A program made the position numbers and the translations under genes. Source: Octopus vulgaris (Eukaryota). Taken from it: a stretch of DNA of 64,000 nt. Position 1 is the stretch's first letter. Every line of letters begins with the position of its first letter. The notes under the pieces are model-generated. The model saw nothing but the letters and a program-made list of their open reading frames with translations, was not told the origin of the DNA and did no database searches. Of the stretch, positions 1-10,875 are shown piece by piece. The DNA is taken from assembly GCA_951406725.2 (NCBI GenBank), contig OX597816.1, forward strand, positions 159,650,001 through 159,714,000, in the 5' to 3' direction.

Positions 1-145
1 ACCATGCAGGAAGCATGGAAGTTATATATATATATATATATTGATAGAAATGGTAAGACAACAAAAGAATGAAAGAGACCTCGATATTTTGTAAATAGTG
101 GAATTTATCTGTAAATGTAATATGTGACAGTTATTCGGTAGCCAT

Positions 146-206
146 GATAAAACTCTGAGTTTTGGATGTTGGGGTGGGAATCCATGCCACCATCTCTTCA
201 GTTATC
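146..206 (-). ncRNA. Degenerate type-I hammerhead ribozyme motif
   Basis: Minus strand reads GATAA-CTGAAGA-[GATGGTGG...CAACATC]-CAAAA-CTCAGAG-TT-TTATC. Stem I is GATAA/TTATC, the CUGANGA core is intact, and CGAAA has decayed to CAAAA. Confidence 0.55.
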
Positions 207-243
207 TGGCCATTGGAAAAAATAGCATTTTTTCTGATGGCTG

Positions 244-304
244 GATAACTGAAGAGGTGGCAGTGTGGATATCCACCCCGACATGCAAAACTTGGAGTTT
301 TATC
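244..304 (+). ncRNA. Degenerate type-I hammerhead ribozyme motif (mirror copy)
   Basis: GATAA-CTGAAGA(249-255)-stem II-CAAAA-CTTGGAG-TT-TTATC. Confidence 0.5.
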
Positions 305-389
305 ATGGTTACCGAATAATTATCACATATTACATTTACAGATATATATAAATGTTTATATATATATATATATATACACACATACACGT

Positions 390-635
390 GTGTATGTAGT
401 TCCCTTGTCTTGATATTGTGTGATGGTTGTAAATAAGCATTACCATCATACAAGTAATGTTGGTTAATTCCAGTCTTCTATGAAAAAAAACATGTCTGGC
501 CTCAGGAAAATATTATTTTACTTTGAAACAAGTGAGGGTTGGCATCAGGATGGGTATCCAATCATAGAAAATATCCTACAACAAATTCGGTCAGACCAAT
601 GCAAGCATGGAAAATGGACATTAAATGAGGATGAT
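390..635 (+). mobile_element. SINE family B2 body plus RTE-like tail
   Basis: Matches the body and tail of 10256-10680 and 35340-35690; ends ...gcaagcatggaaaatggacattaaatgaggatgat. Confidence 0.65.
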
Positions 636-1035
636 TAAATATTAGGTTGATTTTAACCATCCACACTTCCAAAAATTTTTTGTCTTGATTTAGAAATGAT
701 TATAATTGAAGATTTCCTTCTCTGTAATTTTAGAGTAAAACATATTTTTTTCATATGATATTGAAATATCCGTTGTATGTCTTCAGCCTCCAAATTTAGA
801 ACACTTGTGCATTTTATTGGAAGAAGTTTCATATTTTTACAAATTTTTGTTATATTTCCCTCTTTTTTTTTTATTTCGCATTTCTTCAATTTTTTTTTTT
901 ATCATTACCAGAAATCCATGTGGAATGGATACTTTTCTAGAAACTTGATTAGGCTTTCTAGAGAAGGAATACTTATTTTGTACATCTGTTTACTGTCAAG
1001 TATCTGATAACTTGAGTATTTAATATCTTATCATG

Positions 1036-1038
<3 letters not shown>

Positions 1039-1073
<35 letters not shown>

Positions 1074-1195
1074 CGTGTGTGTGTGTATTTATGCATATTT
1101 GTGTGTGTATGTATTTATATGTATGTGCATATGTATATAACATATATAGCTATATATATTATATATTATGTATATCTGTGTTTGTGTGTGTATGT

Positions 1196-1240
<45 letters not shown>

Positions 1241-1290
1241 TATACATGTATGTGTGTGTATTTCTATGTAATTTCCATGTGTGTGTGTTC
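1039..1290. repeat. Compound (TG)n/(TA)n/(CA)n microsatellite
   Basis: Seen directly in the sequence. Confidence 0.95.
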
Positions 1291-1614
1291 AGTTTCATAC
1301 AATCATCAGAGGTATTATGCAAAACAAAACATAAAATAAACTGAATATATAATTGAAAAAAACATATATATATATATATATATAATTTGAAGTATACTAC
1401 AGGCTGGTGTGGGTGGCCTGAGAAATGATAAATATTTTAGACAGTAGAAAAGAAAAGTGAATATGAGATAATGGTAACATATACCATATTTACCCATGTA
1501 GAAATCCTTCTCAAATAGAAAGTGGTATTCTTATTTTTTGTCTCTAAAAATCACTAGTTTAGGTAAACTGTTTTTAATAGCAGAACTCAAAATAGATAAA
1601 GCTGTAGATATTTC

Positions 1615-2090
1615 TTTCTTCTATAGGCTGAAGGCCTGAAATTATAGAGGAGGGGGGCCTAATTGATCACATCCCCCCCTCTTCCCAATACTCAACTGGG
1701 GGTGTTGATGTAATCAACTTATATTGTTGACCATGAAGGATGAAAGGCAAAGTCAATTTTGGTGGAATTTGAACTCAGAATGTAAAGCTGGAAGAAATGC
1801 TGCTAAGCATTTTGCTCAATGTGCTAATGTGTCTTATTTCTTTACTGTCCACAAGGGGCTACACACAGAGGGGACAGACAAACAGATTAGGTTGATTATA
1901 TCGACCCCAGTGCATAACTGGTACTTATTTAATTGACCCCAAAAGGATGAAAGGCAAAGTCGACCTTGGTTAAATTTGAACTCAGAACGTAGCGACAGAC
2001 GAAATACCGCTAGGCATTCTGACCGGCATGCTAACGTTTCTGCCAGCTTGCCACCTCAGTGTTCTAATGTGTCTGTTAATTTGTTGCCTT
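1615..2090 (-). mobile_element. Older SINE family C copy (interrupted by a younger family C copy)
   Basis: Family C motifs aaggatgaaaggcaaagtc...gaatttgaactcagaa; resumes after the nested insert at 2056. Confidence 0.65.
1835..2055 (-). mobile_element. SINE family C, young full-length copy
   Basis: Reverse complement of 58466-58699; B-box-like GAGTTCAAAT; TSD tcaatgtgctaatgtgtct (1816-1834) / tcagtgttctaatgtgtct (2056-2074). Confidence 0.85.
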
Positions 2091-2094
2091 AGAT

Positions 2095-2436
2095 CAGGGC
2101 TGGCCAACCTGAGGCCCGCGACCCGCATGCTGTCTGCAGACTTTTATCTTGCGGCTCACTTGATACTTTCTTAAAACCAGTGATCTCTTTATTGTGTTTA
2201 ATTTCAAAATAAAATTGTTTGTGTAAAACATTTGTTTCAAAATAAATTTAAAATTTCTAAGTGGGAAAAAAACAATAGCCTTCAATTTTATAATTTCAAG
2301 CAAACGAAAAGTATGAAAAATTCTTGATTCTGTAATTTGATTATTTGACTGATAGTGCATAAAGTATACAAGTGGCCCTCGAAAAACCTTCTCTGATTAA
2401 AGTGGCCCACAATGTAATTCAAGTTGGCCAGGCTTG
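2095..2436. mobile_element. hAT (Charlie-like) MITE
   Basis: TIRs cagggctggccaac / gttggccaggcttg; perfect 8-bp TSD ccttagat (2087-2094, 2437-2444). Confidence 0.85.
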
Positions 2437-2477
2437 CCTTAGATAAAGCTGTAAATAGTAAGTGTCAAATTTTGGCA

Positions 2478-2672
2478 CATCATCATCATCATCATCGTTT
2501 AATGTCCGTTTTTCATGCTAGCATGGGTTAGATGGTTCAACTGGGGTCTGGGAAGCCAGAAGGCTGCGCCAGGCCCAGTCTGATCTGGCAGTGTTTCTAC
2601 AGCTGAATGCCCTTCCTAACGCCAACCACTCCGTGAGTGTAGTGGATGCTTTTTACGTGCCACCTGCACAAG
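2478..2672 (-). mobile_element. RTE 3'-UTR short copy
   Basis: (CAT)n tail followed by catgctagcatgggtt...gcccttcctaacgccaaccactc, as at 9485-9700. Confidence 0.8.
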
Positions 2673-2679
2673 GTCAACA

Positions 2680-2853
2680 ATTTCAGGAAGTGCTTACATC
2701 AGCCCCAGTGTGCAACTGGTACTTATTTTATCAACTCTGAAAGGATGAAAGTCAAAGTCAGCCTTGCTGGGATTTGAACTCAGAACACAAAGCAGGACAA
2801 AATACCACTAAGCATTTTGTCTGACATGCTAACATTGCTGCGAGTTTGCTGCC
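2680..2853 (-). mobile_element. SINE family C
   Basis: actggtacttattttatcaac...aaggatgaaagtcaaagtc...tttgaactcagaac. Confidence 0.75.
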
Positions 2854-3351
2854 TTTTTAAAGCTGTAAATAATGGTGTATGATATATTGGTTAAAATCCC
2901 CCTTGGTTAGGAAAAATGTTGAAGGCTGTCTGTGTGATTTGAACTCATATCTTCTGTAAACATGACAGATGTGCTACCATTATATCAAAGTTACACTTTG
3001 GATTTTCTGCATCCATTTTAGAGGACTGTAAGATGGTTACATTATAAAAATTTTGAAACTTTGAGAGATATGATGTAAAATTATTTTTAACTGTGGAACT
3101 TGAAGTAGATAAAGCTATAAATAATCACGTGAGAGTATTGGATTAAAAAACCCTTTGGATGGTGAAAAACAAAAATGAAAGCTGTCCATAATACTTGAAC
3201 CCAGATCTTCTGTTAACTCAAGACCTTATAGTTTATCCTCTTATCTTTTTCACATTTATGTATAATGATATTCACACTGGTGTTTTGTATTAAATTTCTT
3301 GCATTATATATACATTAGTAAATGCAGTAGTTTAGAAATATATTTAGAATG

Positions 3352-3377
3352 ACACACACACACACACATACACACTC

Positions 3378-3469
<92 letters not shown>
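3352..3469. repeat. (CA)n-(CT)n microsatellite
   Basis: Seen directly; (CT)n tract of ~95 bp. Confidence 0.95.
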
Positions 3470-3472
<3 letters not shown>

Positions 3473-4102
3473 AAAGCAAAACTTCAGTCTTTCCCTATTC
3501 TGTCTTTTTAACTGTGATCTTATGTTTGGGTGTTCACAAACACACAGAAACCTTATACCCTATTTCATTTTAACTCTCTCCCTCCCTCCTCTCTCTTTCT
3601 TTCTCTCTCTCTCTCTCTGTCACACACACACACACAGTATATCATCATCATCATCATCATCTCTGCTTTTCCTTACTTGTATGAGTATATGTATGTAATG
3701 TATATATATATATAATCATCATCATTATTTAGCATCCATGATGGCATTGGTCAAACAGTTTGTCAGGATCCAATGGGTTCAGAGACTGCATCATGCTCCA
3801 GTGTCTGCTTTGGCATGATTTCTATGGCTGGATGCCCTTCTAAACCCTAACACCAACCACTTTACAGTATATACTGGCTGCTTTTTTTCATGCTGTCAGC
3901 GCTGTTATAAAATTGTAAATTAATGTTTGTTTTGAAGGGACTGAAAAGGTACCATACAACAATAATATGTATGGTCTAATGGGTGTTATACTACATATGG
4001 AAAACCATGTACTTGTAGACAGAGTTCAGTATTGATATGAAACACTACAAATATAAATGACCTAGTTTATGTAATGCTAGATTCAGGAATATATTTTAAG
4101 TT

Positions 4103-4147
<45 letters not shown>

Positions 4148-4706
4148 ACTATCTATCTATCTCTATTTGAAACCTAATTCAGATTAATTTAACTCTATTT
4201 CAGAAGACTGATGATGTGTCCGTAATGATACACATTTATTCTCATGTGATATTGATTTAAAATTATTTAGTGATGATGGATCCTCATTTTACATTCTTCT
4301 AAGTAATATTTTCAGAAATATCATTTCTTTCAACAAATGTTAGTTTTTCTTTTAATAGAGACCATTACATTTAGAGTTGCCTATTGGTGATCATGTAGGA
4401 CTGTCAGAAACTCTGGTACAGACATTGCTCTGTGCCTTTAAAATGTGAGTGCAAGTGAAAGCAACTTCTTACAGTGAGTGTGAGTGTAAATCACCTATTA
4501 ATGGTGAGTGTAACTCATATATTATACAAACTAAAGCTTAACCCAACATGATACTTAAACAGGCTGTTGACTTTATCTTTCATATGATTTAACACCATCT
4601 CCTAACCCTTGGGTGTCTTCAACATTTTGGCCAGGTTTCAACATTTTGGCCAGGTTTCCCCCAATGTCACTAACTTCTTGGCTAAAAAATAAAAAAATAA
4701 AACTCT

Positions 4707-4939
4707 TTTAATCCTTTATTATTTAAACTCAGTTACATCTGGCTCCATGTATTCTGCCTTGTTTTATGTTCAGACCAGCTAGATTCAGCCTGTCACATCT
4801 ACCCTAAAATGTCATACTAACAATAAACAATCACATCATTGAAAACTCAAAGACTATGAGATAATGCTTGATTAATTTAGAACTATGTAAATAAATATGC
4901 ATTGCAATTGAGAGAATGAGGTGAAAGCGAAAGGGTTAA
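4707..4939. mobile_element. TTAA-flanked MITE family 1 (piggyBac-like ends)
   Basis: ttaatccttt...aaagggttaa ends; homologous copies at ~36798-37005, 50347-50576 and 59804-60543. Confidence 0.65.
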
Positions 4940-5744
4940 AGCACTGGATTGTCTCAGTATAACAGCTTGAACTCAGTTATAACCTTACTGAAATTTAATG
5001 CAGTTTTTCTGTTTAGTGTTCTAAATCTTAAGATAAAATATCCTGTAATTCAAGTAGTTTAATCATGACTAGAATATTGATTGAGTTATTCTTTAATCGG
5101 CTATTTCTATAGCATAGATCTGTCCAAGCAGAGCTGACTAGGAAGCTATTCAATAAAAACACAAATGCCATGAAAAATTTTGTAGTTTCATTTGCTAGCT
5201 TTATATTATAGGTGTGCACTTCAGCAAAACTGGCAAGATCTAATTACAAAAGTAACTCAACAATCCACCCTATGTTTGTGCTTAAAATATAATGCAAGTA
5301 TCTCCAAGAACCTCACTGATCTCATAAATTATTATCTCTGGCCTTTTGGCATTAATCAGGTGAGGAATAAACCTTCTTCTGGATGGGACATTGGCCTATA
5401 GTAGGTAACATTTCTTGATAGCTATGTGAACTGAAGAATGTGGAGTTGAGTGTATACTACTTAAATACACCACATACCTGTCGTGGGTTTGAACCAAAAA
5501 CATGTGAACTTATAGTGCAATAACATATCCACTATTTTACATGTTTCTGTCATTCATTCAGCTTGTAAAATAGGCATAGACAAAGTTAACAAGAATATTA
5601 AAACAGACAACTGAAACTATTAGGTTATAAACATGTGTGTGTACGTAAGTAAGTAAGTAACTAATGGAGTTGTTGGGATATACTAAAGAATTTCTGCTTT
5701 GCTACCTGAAATGATCTTACATTATTCTTAATATCATTTAAGTA

Positions 5745-5966
5745 AGACAGCGAGCTTACAGAAATGTTAGCACGCCGAGCAAAATGTTTTGTGGTATTTC
5801 GTCTGTCTTTACGTTCTGAGTTCAAATTCCGCCAAGGTTGACTTTGCCTTTCATCCTTTTGGAGTTGATAAATTAAGCACCAGTTGTGTACTGGAGTCGC
5901 TCTAATCGACTGCCCCCCTCCCTCCCCAAAAATTTTGGGCCTTGTGCCTAGAGTAGAAAAGAATAT
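5745..5966 (+). mobile_element. SINE family C
   Basis: gagttcaaattccgccaaggttgactttgcctttcatcctttt...taagcaccagtt; followed in tandem by another copy at 5976-6170. Confidence 0.85.
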
Positions 5967-5975
5967 CATTTAAAA

Positions 5976-6170
5976 TGGTGAGCTGGCAGAATTGTTAGCA
6001 TGCTGGGCAAAATGCTTAACAGCATTTTATTCATCTTTACATTCTGTGTTCAAATTCTGCCAAGATTGACTCTTCTTTTCATCTTTTCAAAGTTGATAAA
6101 ACAAGTACCAGTTGAACACTGAGGTTGATATAACTGACTTACTGGCCCTGTGTCAAATTTTGAAACCAAT
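5976..6170 (+). mobile_element. SINE family C
   Basis: ggtgagctggcagaattgttagca...gttcaaattctgcc. Confidence 0.75.
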
Positions 6171-6540
6171 ATTCTTAATATTACTGGCCCTGTGTCAAAA
6201 TTTGAAACCAGTATTCTTAATATTCAGAATTTTAATTTCAAATTTTTTTTGTCTCTTTTTTTAAATTTTATTGGTGGTACTTTGGAAATATTGAATTACC
6301 ACCATGCAATTCTTTAACATTGTGTATTAGTTTACTTTATTGATCGGTGGGGAAAAAACTATTTATTGTTTTCAATGTAAACTGATATTAGACCTCATAA
6401 GCATTACTAATTTCAGGCAGAAATGGGGAGAAATACTCACTGTTAACATCTTAGATTTACTATTTGAATCCATTTGACAAATATAGAAGTTTAGAATTGC
6501 TTTCCCTCCATTTCTTTTCTTCACATTTTAAAAAGTAGAT

Positions 6541-6680
6541 TAAATAACTTTGTTAATATTCAAATGGTATTATATATCTCAGTTAATTACAGCATGGTGT
6601 AAAATATCTTTGTTAATTATGATAATGTATAAAATATCTTTGTTAATTGCAATACGGTATAAAATAACTTTGTTTATTAC
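6541..6680. repeat. ~30-bp degenerate minisatellite, about 4.5 units
   Basis: Core taaaatatctttgttaatt recurs at 30-bp spacing (6600, 6630, 6660). Confidence 0.75.
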
Positions 6681-7051
6681 ATCATATGTCATCATCATCA
6701 TCATTATATATCCATTTTCTAAAGTTTGCTTAAGTTGAGAAGGTTCTCCAAGTACACTTATCACTTGTTACAGTTCTTTGTCATCTCTTTTGTGATCTTC
6801 AGAACTCTTAGCTCAACTTTCACCTTTCATTCCTGTCTGTGTGTATATGGTATCCTAGAATATGGTTGCCTTGCCATTCTCAAAGACCTTTTCTGGTCTA
6901 TGTTTATATCATCTCTTTGCTATTGGTATTTCATAGAGCCAGCATAACTTGCAGTATATGTACTGTAACACACACTCTTTAAAATGCACTCTTTTACCAA
7001 AAAAATTCGAAAAATTACCCTGGTTTCCACATGCAAAGTTATATCTATATA

Positions 7052-7269
7052 ACAAGAGGGTGTTGAAAATCCTGGTTTTAAGGGTATAGCGAAAGGCCTA
7101 GTTTTGGCACCAACCTTCCAAGTTCTTTTACAGGGTTTAGAAAAACTAAAGGACCACTGCAGTAAGTGTGTGAATCTGAGAAGGGAATATGTTGAATAAA
7201 ATCATAATTAACTGATCCTTCTGTATTTTCTTTTACCCAAAGCCAAAAACTTTTCAGTACCTCCTCATA
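7052..7269. mobile_element. Tc1/mariner-type MITE
   Basis: TIR-like ends caagagggtgttgaaaatcctgg / gccaaaaacttttcagtacctcctcata with terminal TA. Confidence 0.65.
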
Positions 7270-7658
7270 CATGCTTTTATACACTAAAGACATTTTTTCT
7301 TGAATATACTCTGCAAAAATTCAGGTATGTCTGACATGCCTGTGTTTCTTTTTGCTACCAACTACAGCAAGTCCCAACTTTATTGTAACTACAGCAAGTC
7401 CCAATATTGTACCTGCTGATGTAGTCTTTCTTAGTTAAGACAGGGCAGCTAGAGATAATGTGGTTCTTTACCTCTTACTTTCATCATTTAACATCTGTTT
7501 TCCATGCTGGCATAGGTTGGACAGTTTGACTAAGGTCTGGAGAGCCAGTGGCTGCACCAGGTATACATATATATATATATATAAGCCTTGCTCTGTGGAC
7601 ACCTTGGCTGCAATTGATACTGTTAGGTTTTTGTAAATACAAACAAAAAGAAAATAAC

Positions 7659-7820
7659 ATTTAAATAAACAATATGAGAGACCACTATGTGGATCCCGTG
7701 TATGCTAAAAATAGATGTCAAACCGTCTTACCATGAAATTTCGCAGTAAGATGGTTTGACATATATTTTTAGGATACAAGGGTTCCACATGGTGGTCTCT
7801 CATATTGTTTATATTTAAAT
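7659..7820. repeat. ~160-bp near-perfect palindrome (fold-back)
   Basis: aacaatatgagagaccac...gtcaaaccgtcttac pairs with gtaagatggtttgac...gtggtctctcatattgtt. Confidence 0.85.
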
Positions 7821-7890
7821 AGAATTCACGGTCCTCATAGGTTTTTTTTAAGTATGCTGACCACTGGTTGAAATTGAAATTATTTAACAT

Positions 7891-8053
7891 AGGCGCAGGA
7901 GTGGCTGTGTGGTAAGTAGCTTACTAACCAACCACATAGTTCCGGGTTCAGTCCCACTGCGTGGCATCTTGGGCAAGTGTCTTCTGCTATAGCTCCGGGC
8001 CGACCAATGCCTTGTGAGTGGATTTGGTAGACGGAAACTGAAAGAAGCCTGTC

Positions 8054-8095
<42 letters not shown>

Positions 8096-8305
8096 GTGTG
8101 TTTGTGTGTCTGTGTTTGTCCCCCTAGCATTGCTTGACAACCGATGCTGGTGTGTTTACGTCCCCGTCACTTAGCGGTTCGGCAAAAGAGACCGATAGAA
8201 TAAGTACCAGGCTTACAAAGAATAAGTCCCAGGGTCGATTTGCTCGACTAAAAGGCCGTGCTCCAGCATGGCCGCAGTCAAATGACTGAAACAAGTAAAA
8301 GAATA
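7891..8305 (+). mobile_element. tRNA-derived SINE family B1, full length
   Basis: A-box TGGCTGTGTGG, B-box GGTTCAGTCCC, internal (TA)/(TG) microsatellite, tail ...gactgaaacaagtaaaagaata; many homologues in the window. Confidence 0.85.
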
Positions 8306-8734
8306 ATATTAATTTCTAACTTTAACATTTAAATAAATAATAATAATGATGATGCTTTCAAATGTTGGCACTTGGGCAGCCTTATTTAAGGTGACATGTC
8401 AATTCCATTGACCACAGTACTCAGCTAGTGCTTTATTTTATCAAACCTGAAAGGATGAAACGCAAAGTTGACCTTCGTAGCACTTGAACTCATAGTGTAA
8501 AAGACCTCAAGAAATACTGTTAAATGTTTAGTCCAATGTGTTAACAATTCCACTTGCTTAATAATTGCTAACTGTTCATTTTGTCTTTGGATATTATTTG
8601 ATGAGAGCCACCCCGCTGTGTGTAGACAGCTGCTATGATTTTTAAGAGAGAAACAATATCCATTCATAACTGATTGCAACACAGGGCAGACAGACTGGAA
8701 ATTAATCTGAAAAGACATTCAAAGAAGATCAACA

Positions 8735-8810
<76 letters not shown>

Positions 8811-8854
8811 ATTTGGTTTCTCCAGAATGTAAACTGGAATTCTTAAATCAATAC

Positions 8855-8904
<50 letters not shown>

Positions 8905-9145
8905 TGAAAAATGCATTAGATATTACAAAATGTATATGTAGGACAGACACCGAAAGACCCTAATCCTTCATCAGTTATCGACCAAAAATACTAATAATAA
9001 GTTCTGTTAGTATTTTTGGTCAATAACTGATGAAGAATTAAGGTCCTGATGTCTCTGTCTCACGTATGTTTTGTAGTATTTAATGCATTTTTCACTTATT
9101 GAGTAACTGAACGCCATGCATCCCAACTTTTGTTAACAGTAAGTT
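8905..9145. mobile_element. Fold-back element with CTGATGA motif in both arms
   Basis: Inverted arms span 8905-9094; TCATCAG at 8968-8974 and CTGATGA at 9027-9033; ~50-bp one-sided extension; (TA)n on the left. Confidence 0.6.
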
Positions 9146-9169
9146 TATATACATAGAAATATATATCTT

Positions 9170-9472
9170 TTATCTTCTATCTTTTACTTGTTTCAGTCAT
9201 TTGACTGTGGCCATGCTGGGGCACTGCCTTAAAATTTTGAATTTTATTTGAACAAATTAAACCCAGTGCTTATTTTTTAAAGCCTGGTACTTATTCTACA
9301 CATACACACTTGCATGGGCCAGATTCTTTCAGTTTCTGTCTACCAAATCCACTCAGCAGGCTTTGGTTAGCCCAAGGCTATATTAGATGAGACATGCTCA
9401 AGGTGCCATGAAGTGGGACTGAACCCAGTAACATGTGGTTGGGAAGCAAACTTCTTACCACACAGCCATACC
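9170..9472 (-). mobile_element. SINE family B1
   Basis: Reverse complement of 7891-8305 with an internal deletion. Confidence 0.75.
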
Positions 9473-9484
9473 TTTATGCATTTC

Positions 9485-10235
9485 GTCATCATCATCATCA
9501 TCATCATCTTTGTTTAATGTCTGTTATCCATGCTGACATGGGTTCAATGGTTTGACTGAGGATTGGCAAGCCAGGAGGCCGCACCAGACTCCAATCTGGT
9601 CTGGCAATGTTTCTACAGTTTTATGTCCTTCCTAATGCCAACCACTCTGAGAGTGTAGTGGGTGCTTTTTATGTGTCACCGGCACAGGAGCCAGTCAGGC
9701 AGTACTGGCATCAGCTGTGTTTGGATGGTGCTTTTTACGTGCCACCAGCATGGGAAGCCAGTCGGGGTGGTTGTGCTGGCACTGACCACATTCAGATGGT
9801 GCTTTTTACATGTCACCAGCACGGGGAGCCATTCAGGTGGCTCTGGCAGTGGACCCACGTATGAATGGTGCTTATTGCATGCCACCAGTACTGGTATCGG
9901 CCACAACTACAATTTCCATTTGATTGTGATTTGATTTGCTTTTGATTTACCTGACTCAATAGGTCTCCTCAAGCATGGCATGTCGCTTGACAATTCAAAG
10001 GTACTTTTTAGATGGGCTGGTTATGTGACACTGGTGTAGGCTATAGCTGTGATCTCACTTTCCTTTCCGTGTCTTCTCAATCACAGCATATCTCCAATGG
10101 TCTCGATCTTTCATCATTGCCTCTGCAAGGCCCAACGTTCGAAGGTCATGCTTCACCACCTTATCCCATGTCTTCCGGGGTCTCCTTCTTCCATGGGTTC
10201 CTTCCACTGTTAGGGAGTGGCATTTCTTCACATAC
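9485..10235 (-). mobile_element. RTE-clade LINE 3' end (ORF C-terminus + 3' UTR + (GAT)n tail)
   Basis: Translation VKKCHSLTVEGTHGRRRPRKTWDKVVKHDLRTLGL...KDRDHWRYAV* fits the RTE C-terminal GRP.K.W...D...DR..W pattern and is contiguous with the UTR and tail. Confidence 0.85.
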
Positions 10236-10255
10236 ATATCATTATATGTATATAT

Positions 10256-10680
10256 TTGGCTGTGGAGCACAAGCATGGTTGTCTGATTAAATAGTTTGCT
10301 TCTGAACCACATGGTTCTGGGTTCAGTCTCACTGCATGGCACCTTCAGCAAGTGTCTTCTACTACAGCTTTGTGAGTGGATTTAGTAGACAGAAACTGAA
10401 AAAAGCCTGTTGTGTTGTGTGTGTGTGTGTGTGTTTGTATGTGTAAGTGTGTGTTCCTGTTTCCTTGAGTGTCATGTCACAGTTGTATACAAGTGTCGCC
10501 ATCATACAAGCAGTGTGGTCCATTTCTGATCTTCTATGAAAACATTTTGGTTATGGTTCCTTGCTTGGAAACAGGTGCATGTCGGTAACAGGAGGGGCGT
10601 CAGTCTAGAAAATGTGTCTCAAGGAATTCTGTCAGATACATGCAAGCATGCAAAAGGGGCGGTTAAGACGACAACGATAA
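10256..10680 (+). mobile_element. tRNA-derived SINE family B2
   Basis: Family B head (ggttcagtctcactgcatggcacc), (TG)n, and an RTE-like tail ending gttaagacgacaacgat. Confidence 0.7.
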
Positions 10681-10824
10681 TGGCATATTAAAAGAATGTG
10701 AGAGAGAGAGGGGGGGAGAAAGAGAAAATGACAGACAGACAAAGACAGTAGATCCCTTTAATTCGATTTAGCCATAACAATTAAAGCCATAGTACACTCT
10801 GTTCTAAATATATATGGATGTGTG

Positions 10825-10875
<51 letters not shown>

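Larger units (their letters stand above)
42..344. mobile_element. Fold-back element with hammerhead-like motif in each arm (Penelope-like terminal-repeat relic)
   Basis: Arms ~106-222 and ~228-344 are reverse complements; one-sided extension 42-105; (TA)n on both sides. A second, internally deleted copy lies at 20276-20418. Confidence 0.7.

Noticed and set aside
1041-1339. ORFs rich in CV/YI/HT (also at ~11.2, 25.7, 27.4, 28.8 and 45.8 kb)
   Set aside because: These are translations of (TG)/(TA)/(CA) microsatellites, which lack stop codons by composition.
4205-4420. CTGATGA plus small hairpin at ~4208 and cagaaactctggta at ~4405 as hammerheads
   Set aside because: The core and GAAA do not occur together with a closing stem I; too degenerate to call.
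6541-6680. Conserved 19-nt core with variable ~11-nt segments as a CRISPR-like array
   Set aside because: Eukaryotic context, segments too short and mutually similar, and no cas genes; it is a minisatellite.
9661-9900. Repeat/spacer pattern as a CRISPR array
   Set aside because: The repeats are degenerate and lie inside a multicopy retroelement UTR.
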